Part shown: positions 9,449 through 23,397 of the stretch, piece after piece
How positions within the stretch are numbered: position 1 is the stretch's first letter
How the letters are laid out: each line of letters begins with the position of its first letter
Source: an uncultured Desulfovibrio sp.
Lineage (GTDB): Bacteria; Desulfobacterota; Desulfovibrionia; Desulfovibrionales; Desulfovibrionaceae
DNA length: 64,000 bases
Direction of reading: 5' to 3'
Assembly: GCA_902783285.1 (NCBI GenBank)
Contig: CACZQM010000080.1
Span: forward strand, 11,872-75,871
Position numbers and translations under genes: made by a program
Notes under the pieces: model-generated
The model's input: the letters and a program-made list of their open reading frames with translations, nothing else
Told to the model about the DNA's origin: nothing
The model's database searches: none

Positions 9449-10409
9449 TCGCGTTGGATATCTGGCTGCAAAAGGATTTGACACGGAACTCCGTGATGAG
9501 CTTGAAAGGCATGGCGTCCATGTCAATGCCATCCGGGGGCGGCTCCTCCTTGCCGATGGATATCATCCTGCTGCCTGGGCACAGAACATATGGCTGGACC
9601 CTGTCTTCCTGCCGGTATCTTCGATCGGCAATGCCGTTAAAGCATTGAAAGCGATCCAGAGGAATTGGCATCTGCACCCCACGGGCAATTATCGCCGTGC
9701 AGCGCTCATCGAACAGCAGTTGCCGCCTGTCAAGCATAAGGCCATGACGTTTGGAGAGCCCGCGCCACAGTCTCCGCTTGGCTCATGGACGCTCTGGGAA
9801 AGCGATATGCTTTTGGCATCTGCCGCCTGTTCTTCTCCCTTTCCAGACGGGGAAGTCCGTTTCGTAGAGGATAAAGCCAATCCTCCGAGCCGCGCTTATC
9901 TGAAATTATGGGAAGTTTTCACCGTGACAGGCGTCAAGCCTGATAAAGGCGATCTTTGCATCGATCTTGGAGCTTCGCCGGGCGGATGGACATGGGTGCT
10001 CGCCTCGCTTGGGGCCCATGTCTTCAGCATAGATAAATCACCGCTGGAGCTCTCTGTCGCGTCGATGGATAATGTGGATTTCTGCCAGGGCAGTGGCTTC
10101 GGGCTCGACCCGGAGACCGTTGGCCAGGCAGACTGGTTGTTCTCAGACATGGCCTGTTATCCGGACCGGCTGCTGAGGACGGTACTCAGATGGCTGGAGC
10201 ATGGCGCCGCACTTAACTATGTGTGCACGATCAAGCTTCAAGGCAAGACCGACCATGATATCGTTCAGTCGCTAGGTGAGATACCAGGTTCTAAGCTGAT
10301 GCATCTGTCTTGCAATAAGCATGAGCTCACCTGGATCAATCTTGCGCAATGGCGCAGCCGGTCTCAGTCCGGCATCGATGCTGCACGCCCATTGAGAAGC
10401 ATTGCCTGA
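9438..10409 (+). CDS. FtsJ/RlmM-like SAM-dependent RNA 2'-O-methyltransferase
   Basis: SRAYLKL, IDLGASPGGWT, SDMAC and TIKL motifs. The start overlaps the upstream stop. Confidence 0.8.
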   Translation: MQNDRVGYLAAKGFDTELRDELERHGVHVNAIRGRLLLADGYHPAAWAQNIWLDPVFLPVSSIGNAVKALKAIQRNWHLHPTGNYRRAALIEQQLPPVKHKAMTFGEPAPQSPLGSWTLWESDMLLASAACSSPFPDGEVRFVEDKANPPSRAYLKLWEVFTVTGVKPDKGDLCIDLGASPGGWTWVLASLGAHVFSIDKSPLELSVASMDNVDFCQGSGFGLDPETVGQADWLFSDMACYPDRLLRTVLRWLEHGAALNYVCTIKLQGKTDHDIVQSLGEIPGSKLMHLSCNKHELTWINLAQWRSRSQSGIDAARPLRSIA

Positions 10410-10588
10410 ATGTAATCGACCGTCTGCCTGTCGACGGGTTCGATGGCAAAGGTATTGTGGCACATGCCGCATTTGATGGTCATCGATTCGAAGGGCTGTA
10501 TCAGCATGGCTTCCTGATGGCAAAAAGGACAAGGATACGCAAAAAGCAATGCCATCCTTTCCGGTTTAACAGCTTTTTTGTGCAGCAT
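10364..10588 (-). CDS. Small zinc-ribbon protein (74 aa), unknown function
   Basis: YPCPFC...IKCGMC CxxC pairs, AAGGTG RBS, lies directly behind gpmI on the same strand. Confidence 0.7.
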   Translation of the reverse strand: MLHKKAVKPERMALLFAYPCPFCHQEAMLIQPFESMTIKCGMCHNTFAIEPVDRQTVDYIQAMLLNGRAASMPD

Positions 10589-10599
10589 CACGCACCTTA

Positions 10600-12126
10600 T
10601 CACCGTAAAAGCAGGCTCGTTCCTGTCATTTCTGCAGGGACCGTTATCCCCAGGTGGTCGAGTAGGGTAGGCATGATGTCGCAAAGCCTGCCGTCTTTAA
10701 GCGGCAGGAGCGTACCGTTGTCCATGAGCACGAGGGGCGTCTTGTTCAACGTGTGGGCCGTATGGGGCTGGCCATGGTCATCGAGCATCTTCTCGACATT
10801 GCCGTGGTCGGCGGTGATGCATAGGACACCATTGCGCCCGCGGACCGCTTCGGCAATCGCAGAGGCACAGGCGTCGACTGTTTCGCATGCTTTGATGGCG
10901 GCCTGCAGGTTGCCAGTATGTCCGACCATGTCCGGATTGGCCAGGTTGCATACTGCAAAATCGTACTTTCCGGTCGACCATGCCTCGATCAGTTTTTTCG
11001 TGACGGCATGCGCGCTCATTTCAGGCTTCAGATCATATGTGGCCACGTCCCTGGGAGATTCTATCAGTATCCTTTCCTCACCAGGAAACGGTTCCTCTTT
11101 GCCGCCGTTGAAGAAATAGGTGACATGGGCATACTTTTCCGTTTCAGCTATGCGAAGCTGGCGGCAACCCATCTGGGAAAGCAGTTCCCCCATCGTGTTT
11201 TTGAGATTGTCCTTGCGAAAGGCCACGGGGATGGGCAGCGAGGCATCATAGGACGTCATCGAGGCGACCCCGGCAAGGAGGGGGAGGTGTCCCCGGTCAA
11301 AGAAGGAGAAGTCGGGATCAGTAAGGGCGTGGGCCAATTCCCTTCCACGGTCGGCGCGGAAATTGAAGAAGAATACGCCATCATTATTTTGTATGGTGGA
11401 TTCCGATGGATCCAGGAAGATCCTCGGTTTTAAAAATTCATCTGTCTCACCCTGGGAATATGCCTTGTTCAGTTCCGCGACGGGATCACGCGAAAATGAG
11501 CCGGTGCCATGGATGAGGGCATCCCAGGCGATTTTGATGCGTTCCCAGTGCTTGTCCCTGTCCATGGCATAAAAACGTCCGGTCATGTCGGCAAGCTCGC
11601 CACCATATTTCGTGGTGAGGTCTTTGAGGCGGGCCACGTATTGGACGGCTGAAGTCGGCGGAGTGTCTCGGCCGTCAAGAAATGCGTGGACAAGGGCCTT
11701 TATGCCGTGCTGCTGCGCCAGTGCCAGCAGGGCTTCCACATGATTGATATGGCTGTGGACGCCGCCATCGGAAAGAAGCCCGCATAAATGGAGCCTCCCA
11801 TCCTTGGACGATACTGCTTTGAGAAGCCCGAGCAGGACAGGATTTTTTGAAAATTCTCCGGATTCTATGGAAATGTCTATCCTGGTCATGTCCTGGTAGA
11901 CGACCCGTCCAGCGCCAATATTCAGGTGTCCTACTTCCGAGTTGCCGATAAAACCTGAAGGAAGGCCAACAGCGCGGCCAGATGCCTCCAGGCAGGACAT
12001 TTCCCTGCGGCGGAACAAACTGTCCAGGAATGGCGTTTTGGCGCAGGCGGCAGCGTTGGACGCGCTCTCAGGCGCCAGTCCGTAGCCATCAAGGATGAGC
12101 AATAATGTCGGCGATGATAAGGACAT
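10600..12126 (-). CDS. gpmI: 2,3-bisphosphoglycerate-independent phosphoglycerate mutase
   Basis: LILDGYG, GNSEVGH, RYYAMDRD-like RFYAMDRD, FRADR, AETEKYAHVT, NPDMVGH and TADHGN. Confidence 0.97.
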   Translation of the reverse strand: MSLSSPTLLLILDGYGLAPESASNAAACAKTPFLDSLFRRREMSCLEASGRAVGLPSGFIGNSEVGHLNIGAGRVVYQDMTRIDISIESGEFSKNPVLLGLLKAVSSKDGRLHLCGLLSDGGVHSHINHVEALLALAQQHGIKALVHAFLDGRDTPPTSAVQYVARLKDLTTKYGGELADMTGRFYAMDRDKHWERIKIAWDALIHGTGSFSRDPVAELNKAYSQGETDEFLKPRIFLDPSESTIQNNDGVFFFNFRADRGRELAHALTDPDFSFFDRGHLPLLAGVASMTSYDASLPIPVAFRKDNLKNTMGELLSQMGCRQLRIAETEKYAHVTYFFNGGKEEPFPGEERILIESPRDVATYDLKPEMSAHAVTKKLIEAWSTGKYDFAVCNLANPDMVGHTGNLQAAIKACETVDACASAIAEAVRGRNGVLCITADHGNVEKMLDDHGQPHTAHTLNKTPLVLMDNGTLLPLKDGRLCDIMPTLLDHLGITVPAEMTGTSLLLR

Positions 12127-12182
12127 AGTCTTTCCTTTATTGTTTATGCAGAACAGGAGAGGGGGAGCAAAGAAAAAAACAT

Positions 12183-12566
12183 TCAGCTTTTGGCCGGAGC
12201 TTCCGGTGCGATCGGGGTCGCGCCGTTCAGGAGCTCTTCGAGTTTGTAACGGGTCCGGGCGGATTCAAGAAAGATATGCAGGATGATGTCATTGAGATCG
12301 ACAAGGATCCATTCTCCTTCCTGATATCCTTCTGTATGCATATGCTCGAATTTGTTTTCCCTGCAGGTTTCCGATACCGCATCGGCAAGGCTCCGGGCGT
12401 GGCGGGATGAAGATGCGGTGCAGAGGATGACGACTTCAGCCAGCGGATCGCCTGGTGGAAGGGAAAATGCAGAAATATCGCGGCATTTATGTTCAAGAAG
12501 TGATCGGGAAACGATGGCAGCCTTTGCGGTTGCAGGCAATTGTGAGTATTTTTTATCTTTTGTCAT
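12183..12566 (-). CDS. rsfS: Ribosome silencing factor
   Basis: EG...EWILVDLNDIILHIF...RTRYKLEEL signature. Confidence 0.9.
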   Translation of the reverse strand: MTKDKKYSQLPATAKAAIVSRSLLEHKCRDISAFSLPPGDPLAEVVILCTASSSRHARSLADAVSETCRENKFEHMHTEGYQEGEWILVDLNDIILHIFLESARTRYKLEELLNGATPIAPEAPAKS

Positions 12567-12718
12567 TGCTACCTCTTTCTGTTAAGTTCTGTGTGGAATG
12601 TATGCTAAATCTTAAAGTAACGCAAATAGTAGATCGCTTGCTTCCATTGCATGGCAGGGAATCGGAGGGAGGATCCAGGCAGATCTGCGATGGACAGGAC
12701 GATAGGAGCACGCCAGAC

Positions 12719-13423
12719 ATGATAGATTTCCATATCCTGGTCGATCCCATGCATGCGGCAAAGGATCGCTTTGGCATTGGCAGCGCCCTTGCATCGGCGA
12801 AAAGGGCAGGCATCCGGCACGCCGGGCTCATCGTTGCCTGTGAAGGGCTTGATTTCCGTTTTATGCCTGGATTCAGCCATGCAGTGCGCACGATGAGCCT
12901 TCACCTTGGGATCACCGCTTGGCCCGGAGTGGAATTAGTGCATATCCCCCAGCCATTGTTGGAAGAAGCGGTATCGAGATCCCGGGAACATGGCGCCCAG
13001 CTTGTCCTTGCGAGAGGGGAATGCCTTTATGACAATGCGGAGCGGGGATTGAACCTGGCAGCGATCAGCGCCGGGATAGATATTTTATCATGCCCCGGCA
13101 TCTTGGATGAGGAAGCTGCTGGCCTGGCAGCGGAACGGGATATCAGTGTCGAATTCAGTTCATCTCCCCGGTGCGGCATCGCAGCAGCGCAGACAGTCAT
13201 GAATTGCCTGCGTGCCGGATGTTCCATGGTATGCGGCAGTGCGGCCACCTGTGCGGACGAATTGCCCACGGAACATTTATGGGAGCATCTCATCAGGGGA
13301 TCCTGCAGTGAACGCCATGTCGCGGATCGGTTCCGCGCCCATTTATCACAGAGCGGCATGAGGCTTGCCCAGAGGATGATGCAGTCAGAATTAAAAATTA
13401 AAAAATCTATCAATAATGCTTGA
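12719..13423 (+). CDS. PHP-fold (histidinol-phosphatase-like) protein lacking metal ligands
   Basis: MIDFH start, GVELVHIP, and LAAISAGIDILSCPGIL match the deltaproteobacterial PHP family. AGGAG RBS. Confidence 0.7.
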   Translation: MIDFHILVDPMHAAKDRFGIGSALASAKRAGIRHAGLIVACEGLDFRFMPGFSHAVRTMSLHLGITAWPGVELVHIPQPLLEEAVSRSREHGAQLVLARGECLYDNAERGLNLAAISAGIDILSCPGILDEEAAGLAAERDISVEFSSSPRCGIAAAQTVMNCLRAGCSMVCGSAATCADELPTEHLWEHLIRGSCSERHVADRFRAHLSQSGMRLAQRMMQSELKIKKSINNA

Positions 13424-13448
13424 CGAGGATGGTAACCTCGGATAAAAG
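13420..13448 (+). promoter_or_regulatory. Sigma70 promoter of the tRNA-Thr/tRNA-Pro pair
   Basis: TTGACG-17 nt-TAAAAG with an A-rich UP-like tract upstream (about 13390-13415). Confidence 0.6.
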
Positions 13449-13466
13449 GTTTCACGCAGTTGCAAT

Positions 13467-13542
<76 letters not shown>

Positions 13543-13554
13543 CAACAGCCTGTC

Positions 13555-13631
13555 CGGGATGTAGCGCAGTCTGGGAGCGCACTTGAATGGGGTTCAAGGG
13601 GTCGCTAGTTCAAATCTAGTCATCCCGACCA
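13555..13631 (+). tRNA. tRNA-Pro(GGG)
   Basis: CGGGATG/CATCCCG acceptor stem, CTTGA-AT-GGG-GT-TCAAG anticodon arm, GTTCAAAT, ACCA end. Confidence 0.96.
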
Positions 13632-13637
13632 AAAATC

Positions 13638-13665
13638 ATGGCACTCATTTTGAGTGCCATTTTTC
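13638..13665 (+). terminator. Intrinsic terminator of the tRNA operon
   Basis: ATGGCACTC/GAGTGCCAT stem followed by TTTT. Confidence 0.75.
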
Positions 13666-13689
13666 ATTTAACAAAACCAGTTTGCTGAA

Positions 13690-13720
13690 CAAAAAGGGGA
13701 CGCACAAAGGCGTCCCCCTT
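13690..13720 (-). terminator. Intrinsic terminator of por
   Basis: GGGGACGC/GCGTCCCC stem followed by TTTTTG on the minus strand, about 20 nt after the por stop. Confidence 0.8.
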
Positions 13721-13739
13721 CCATAATGTTCAAAAGCCG

Positions 13740-17279
<3,540 letters not shown>

Positions 17280-17365
17280 TCAGGATAACCGCCGGAGCGG
17301 GGAAGGTGATGACAGAAATTTCTGCCGTTTTTGCTAATAAAACGCTATATTAGTCAACCGGCAAC

Positions 17366-17394
17366 ATTATATTCCCAGAGATGCAAAATATCAA
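17366..17394 (-). promoter_or_regulatory. Near-consensus sigma70 promoter of por
   Basis: TTGATA-17 nt-TATAAT on the minus strand. Confidence 0.75.
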
Positions 17395-17429
17395 TGCTTT
17401 TTTCTGGGCAAAATCAGGCTTTGCGGGTG

Positions 17430-18311
17430 TCAACTGCTCCTTCCGGACCACGACCTGTCTGCCTCACCCATGAGCGCGTAGGTGAGCATGGCGGCGGCGA
17501 AATCGGACACGACATGGCCCCGGCGCGGCGCGAGCTCAACGACGTCAACGCCTATGATACGGCGCTGCAGGCTCAGGGCATGGATGATGTCGAGAGCCAT
17601 CTGCCAGCTGAGTCCTCCGGGTACGGGAGTGCCGGTCTCCGCGATGACGGAGGGGTCCAGTCCGTCGACATCAAACGTGATGAAAATATCCCGTGGAAAG
17701 GCATCGGGCAGGGTGACGCCGCGCGTGCCTTCGTGATGCAGGCGCGGGGCGTCCCAGGAAAGGATGGAGTACCGCTCCCTTGCCTCCAGTTCTTCCCGGC
17801 AGAAGATCCTGTTGCCGAACTGGATCAGGGGCAGGCGGAGGTCGCACACGGCGCGGCGCATGACACAGGCGTGGCTCCATTTCGTGCCGTCATAGGTGTC
17901 CCTGAGGTCGGCGTGAGCGTCAAACTGGATGACGCCGAATGTTCCATAAACATCACGCAATGCTTTAAGTTCGCCGTAGGTGAGGGCATGCTCCCCGCCC
18001 AGCGCGACCGGTATGGCATGGCACTGGAGGGCGCTGCGCACGGCGCTGGCGATCCGTTCCATGACCAGTTCCGGTGTCCCTGAGCAGTCGATGTCCGGCT
18101 GTGTGAAAATGCCTTTTGCCCCCGGATAGCCGGTGCCGTCATAGAGCTCAAGCTGATCAGAGGCTTCCAGGATGGCATCCGGGCCGTGGCGCGTGCCCCC
18201 CATGTAACTCACGGTGGCTTCATAGGGCACAGGGATGACATGGAAACGGGCGTCCTGCGGAGCGCAGGATGGTACTTCGGAGGACAAAAAACGTTTGGGA
18301 TTTTCGTTCAT
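17430..18311 (-). CDS. speB: Agmatinase (ureohydrolase family)
   Basis: GGEHALT, FDAHADLRD, SHAC and FDVDGLDPS Mn-binding motifs. Confidence 0.88.
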   Translation of the reverse strand: MNENPKRFLSSEVPSCAPQDARFHVIPVPYEATVSYMGGTRHGPDAILEASDQLELYDGTGYPGAKGIFTQPDIDCSGTPELVMERIASAVRSALQCHAIPVALGGEHALTYGELKALRDVYGTFGVIQFDAHADLRDTYDGTKWSHACVMRRAVCDLRLPLIQFGNRIFCREELEARERYSILSWDAPRLHHEGTRGVTLPDAFPRDIFITFDVDGLDPSVIAETGTPVPGGLSWQMALDIIHALSLQRRIIGVDVVELAPRRGHVVSDFAAAMLTYALMGEADRSWSGRSS

Positions 18312-18351
18312 GGGAAGGGGCCCTTGGCTGAGGTTATCCAGGCAGGCCGGC

Positions 18352-21300
18352 CTACGCGGCGGGCGGGCGGCCCGGCAGCCGATCGTCATGACCGCGTCCG
18401 AAGATCCTCCGCACGACGGCGGCGAAGCGTTTGCCGAAGCGGTCAAGGTAGACGTAGTAGACCGGCGTGATGTACAGGGTCACCAGCTGCGAGAAAAACA
18501 GCCCTCCCGCGACGCAGATGCCGATGGGCTGGCGCGATTCCGCGCCGGTGGCTCCAAGGCCGAAGGCAAGGGGCAGCGCCCCCATGATGGCTGCAAGGGT
18601 CGTCATCAGGATGGGGCGCAAGCGTATGAGGCAGCCCTGGACGATGGCTTCTTCGGATCCAAGGCTGCCCTTGCGCTCGGCGGAAAGGGCGAAGTCAAGC
18701 ACCATGATGGCGTTTTTCTTGACGATGCCGATGAGCATGATGATGCCGACAAAGGCTGTCATGTTCAGTTCCGCGTGGAAAAGCCAGAGGCAGAACAGGG
18801 CGCCGAATCCTGCGGAGGGGAGGCCGGACAGGATCGTGATGGGGTGGATGAAGCTTTCGTAGAGAACGCCGAGGACGATGTAGATCAGCAGCACGGAAAC
18901 GATAATGATGATGATCATGTCGTGTACGGAGCGCTGGAAGTCCTGGGCCGTGCCGACCAGGCCCCCCGTGACGGAATCCGGCAGCAGGTCGCCGGCAGTG
19001 GCCACGACTTCGGCCATGGCGTCGCCCATGGCATAGCCTGCAGACACATTGAAGGAGACGTTGACCGCAGGGAACTGGCCGCGGTGGATGACATTGAGAG
19101 GTCCTGCTTCATACTGCCTGGTCACAAGCGTTTCCAGCGGCACGAGCTTGCCGGCGGAGGACCTGAGGTACAGGGAGTCAAGGACCGCTGCGTTGTCCTG
19201 GCGTTCCCTCAGCACCTCCATTTTGACGGTATAGTCGCTGACGTCGGTGTATATGGTCGATACTTCCCGCGTGCCGAAGGCGGAATAGAGCGCGTTTTCT
19301 ATCTGGGAGAGGGTTATGCCCAGCATGGTGGCCTTGTCCCGGTCGACGACCAGCCGTATCGATGGGTTGAGCAGCTGCATGTCCGTGCTCACGTCCCGCA
19401 CGCTTTTCAGCTGGCGCAGGGCTTCCTCGACACGCCGGGCGGCGCCGTACAGCTCACTGGTGTCGCTGCCGACGAGGGTATAGGAATAGATGCCTGTGGT
19501 GTTGCTGCCGGCGCCCTGGATATTCGCGTTGCGCAGGGAGACCATCAGCGTGGCGCTGGTGTTCAGCTGCCTGCGGAGGCGCTCGATGACGGCGTTGATG
19601 CCGTCCCGTTCGGCGATGGGCTTGAGGCGTATCATGATGGTGGCCGTATTGGTGTCGGCCCGCATCCCTCCGCCGATATTGGTCACGTAGCTGCGCACGG
19701 CGGGATCCGCAGCGATGATGGGATGGAGCTTCTGCACGGCGCTCACGAGTGCTTCGAACGAAATGGATTCTTCGGCCCTCACCGTCACGCGGATGCGGCC
19801 GCCGTCGATCGCGGGAAAATATCCCGTGGGCACCAGCGATGCAAACCACCACGTGCCTGCGATGAGGGAAAGGGAAAACAGAAAGGTGAGGAACTTGTGG
19901 CGCATGACAGCGCGCAGGCTGCGTTCGTATGCGGCATGGACGGCGTTGAAGCCCCGTTCCATCAGGGCTTTCAGCCCGGAACGCCGCATATGCAGGGATG
20001 CATCGTTGAGGAACACGGCGCACATCATGGGCGTGAGGCTTATCGATACAAAAAGGGACACGGATATGGCGATGATGATCACGGCAGCGAATTCAAAGAA
20101 CATCCTGCCGGCCGTGCCCGGAAGAAAGAGCAGGGGGATGAACACGGTGCCGAGCGAAACGGTCATGGACAGGATGGTGAAGCCTATCTCTCCGGCACCG
20201 TCCATGGCTGCAGCCAGCGGCGCCTTTCCCATTTCCCTGTGGCGTATGATGTTTTCCAGCATGACGATGGCGTCATCGACGACGAATCCCACGACCAGGA
20301 TGAGGGCCATCAGCGACATGTTGTCCAGGGAGAATCCCCAGAATTTTTTGTTGAGTGATGCGGCGACCACCGAAAGGGGCAGGGCCAGGCTGGGATGAGC
20401 GTTGCCATGCCGTCCCGCAGGAAGGCATAGATGACGATGACCACGAGCAGTATCGTCAGCAGCAGGGTGAATTCCACTTCCTCCACCGACTCCCGGATGG
20501 GCACGGCGGTGTTTTCAACGATGGAGAGCTCAACGGCAGGGGGAAGGGAGGCTTCGATGGCCGGCAGGATGTCAAGCACGTCGCTGACGACCTGAACCGT
20601 GTTTCCCCCGGGCTGCCGCGTCACCTGCACGGTCACGCCGGCACTGCCGCTGATGAAGCTCGCCTGGTTGGTCTCTTCCACGCCGCTTTCCACATCGGCC
20701 ACTTCCCGGAGCCTGACAGGGGATCCGTTGCGCCAGGCAACGATGATGTTCGCAAATTCTTCTGCCTTGACGAGTGAGCCGCTTGCCTTGATGTTGCGTA
20801 TGCGCGCCGAGCCGTCCAGTTTCCCCGTCGGAAGGGTGACGTTCGCGGCGTCGATGGCCAGGCGGATCTCATCGGAGCTTATGTCCCGCGCAGCCATCAG
20901 TTCCGGGCGGAGGTTCACCCTGACGGCATAGCGCTTCGCGCCGCGCACGTCGGTCCTTGAAACGCCGCGCACCATGGACAGGCGCTGGGACACGTAGTTT
21001 TCCGCATAATCGGTGAGCTGCTGCCGCGTGATGGAATTGGACGTCAGCGCGAGCGTGATGACGGGCAATGCGTCCGGATTCACCTTCCAGAACCGCGGCA
21101 TCTGCGTCATGGTATCGGGCATGCGGGAATACGCGATGGAAATGGCGGACTGCACATCCAGGGCCGCACCGTCGATATCCCTGTCCATTTCGAATTCCAC
21201 CACGACCTGGGTACGCCCCAGCTTGTTGGTGGATGTCATGCTCTTGATGCTGGATATGTTGGAGAGCTGCTTTTCAAGCGGCTTGGCCACAGAGGTGGCC

Positions 21301-21476
21301 ATCGTTTCAGGCGAAGCGCCGCTCAGGTTGGCATTGACGATGATGATGGGGTATTCGATGTTGGGGTTTTCACTGAGGGGCAGGCGGAAAAAGCTCATGA
21401 TGCCGAAAGCGAGGATGCCCAGCATGATGAGCGTTGTCCCCACAGGACGGCTGATGAAAAGGGATGAAATGTTCAT
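18352..21476 (-). pseudogene. RND efflux permease (MdtB/MdtC-like) split by a one-base frameshift near 20390
   Basis: ORFs 20310-21476 and 18352-20370 are the N- and C-terminal parts of one AcrB-family protein. Restoring one base turns ATLIP-GC-CTG into ATLIPALALPLSVVA. VDDAIV, VKKNAI and RPILMTT relay motifs are intact. Confidence 0.8.
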
Positions 21477-22582
21477 GGCTTTCCATGCCCGGGACCGGCG
21501 GTGCCGCCGCCAAGGCGCACGGCAATGCCGTCCTTCAGGCGGACATGCCCTTCCAGCACGACCATCTCGCCCTCGTCCAGGCCGGAGGAGACAGCCGTAT
21601 AGCCGTCGGATTCGATATCGATGGACACTGTCCGGATACGCGCTTTCTTATCTTGGGACACGACGTAGACGAAGGGTCCGTCGGGGCCGAGCATGATAGC
21701 GCGGCTCGGCACGGCGATCGTGCCCCTGCGGACGTCCAGCTGCAGGAAGACGCGCAGGAATTCCCCGGGCCACAGTTCCCCGGTTTTGTTGTCAAAGCTG
21801 GCTTTAAGCGGCACGGTGCCTGTGGAACTGTCCACGTTGCCCACATAGATGACGCGTCCTGAGACCGCATTGCCGCTTTTCGTCCTGGACATGGCCGCCA
21901 AGCTGCCGGACAAGGCATTGGCACGGATCGTGGGAAGATGCTTTTCAGGGATGCTGAAGTCGATTTCCGCCGGGGACACCTTGTCGATCGTCAAAAGCTG
22001 ATCCTGCGTCCTGAGCACGTTGCCGGCATCCACCAGCACGTTCTGCGCCCTTCCGCTGATGGGGGCGCGGATCTCGCAGTAGGAAAGGTCAAGCAGAGCC
22101 TTTTCAAGGGAGGCCTCATCTTCCCTGACGGCAGCCTGGGCGGCAATGAAGGCGACGCGCATGGTTTCCGTTTCGGAGGCGCTGGAAAAGCCGCCCTTGC
22201 TCATCTTCTGCGCACGAGAAAGGTCATCGCGGGCCTTGGCGAGCTTGGCGCGGTCGCTTTCAAGGCGGGCCGCGGCCTGCTTATGCGCTATGGCGTAGGG
22301 AGCCTTCTCGATCTCAAAAAGGAGCTGGCCCTGGCTGACATCATCCCCGTCCCGGACCAGGACCTTCTGCAGCTCCCCGGCTGTCCGGGAAACAAGCGTG
22401 ACAGTCGTGGAGGGCTTTATCGTGCCCACCGCCTCGATGATAAACGGGATATCTCTTTTCTCGGCTGCCGCCAGAGTCACAAGTGCAGCATTGTCGGCCT
22501 TCTTCGGCGTATCGTCTTTGTCCTGCGTGCAGCTGCACACCATGGCAACAAGGACGATGCTTATGAACCAGCGCATGCGCAT
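21473..22582 (-). CDS. RND periplasmic adaptor (MdtA-like)
   Basis: Lipoprotein-type signal (VCSC), lipoyl halves, IRAPISG and PSRAI motifs. Overlaps the permease start by 4 nt. Confidence 0.92.
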   Translation of the reverse strand: MRMRWFISIVLVAMVCSCTQDKDDTPKKADNAALVTLAAAEKRDIPFIIEAVGTIKPSTTVTLVSRTAGELQKVLVRDGDDVSQGQLLFEIEKAPYAIAHKQAAARLESDRAKLAKARDDLSRAQKMSKGGFSSASETETMRVAFIAAQAAVREDEASLEKALLDLSYCEIRAPISGRAQNVLVDAGNVLRTQDQLLTIDKVSPAEIDFSIPEKHLPTIRANALSGSLAAMSRTKSGNAVSGRVIYVGNVDSSTGTVPLKASFDNKTGELWPGEFLRVFLQLDVRRGTIAVPSRAIMLGPDGPFVYVVSQDKKARIRTVSIDIESDGYTAVSSGLDEGEMVVLEGHVRLKDGIAVRLGGGTAGPGHGKP

Positions 22583-22607
22583 ACCACTCCGCAGCGAACG
22601 AAATTTT

Positions 22608-23384
22608 TTAAATCCTATTTTTGATCGCAGCCGTTGTCAATCGCATGATCTGGCGGCATATCCCCATGAAGATGTCGAATTCATGGCGCCTGAGCCCGGC
22701 CCTGTCGAAAAGCCGCGCCAGCGGGAGAAAGAAATAGTCTGGGTTGTCCCTGGGCAGGGCGTCCAGGCTGAGGAGGGCTTTTTTCAGGGCGGCGAACAGG
22801 GTCTCCCGTTCGCTGCTCGATATGCGGCGCGACAGGCCGTGCCCCCGGTCGATCACGGCTGTGCCGGGCATGGAAAGGAAGCATTCGTAGAGCATGATGA
22901 GCACGGCCTGCGCCAGGTTGAGCGAGGAGTCCCTGCCGTAGGTCGGGATGCGCACCAGCATGTTGCAGAGCAGCAGGTCTTCGTTCGACAGCCCCTTGTC
23001 TTCGGGACCGAAGACGATGGCGACGTGCTCTCCGGACAGGATGCGTTCCACGGCTTCCACGGCGGCTTCCCTGGGGGTGCGCATCTGCTGGCGCATGCCG
23101 CCGGTCCTGGCTGTTGTCGCAATGACGAGCTGGCATGGCGCGACGGCTTCCGCAAGTGACGGGCATACCGTGATGGAATCGAGCAGGGGTGCGCCCTGCG
23201 ACGTAGCCGTTATCATCGCTTTTTCCCTGTCCCAGCGGCGCGGTGCGGCAAGAAAAATGCCGGCATGGCCGAAATTTGCCGATGCCCTGGCAGCCATGCC
23301 GATGTTTTCCGGAAAATTCGTGCGGACAAGGACCATGCGGAGCAGGTCGTTATAAACCGGTAGAGAGTGTTGTTCTTCCGTCAT
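22608..23384 (-). CDS. trmJ: TrmJ/LasT-family SPOUT RNA methyltransferase
   Basis: VLVRTNFPENIGMAARA, IVFGPEDKGLSNEDL and SSLNLAQAV. Confidence 0.85.
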   Translation of the reverse strand: MTEEQHSLPVYNDLLRMVLVRTNFPENIGMAARASANFGHAGIFLAAPRRWDREKAMITATSQGAPLLDSITVCPSLAEAVAPCQLVIATTARTGGMRQQMRTPREAAVEAVERILSGEHVAIVFGPEDKGLSNEDLLLCNMLVRIPTYGRDSSLNLAQAVLIMLYECFLSMPGTAVIDRGHGLSRRISSSERETLFAALKKALLSLDALPRDNPDYFFLPLARLFDRAGLRRHEFDIFMGICRQIMRLTTAAIKNRI

Positions 23385-23397
23385 GGCAAGGTACGTT

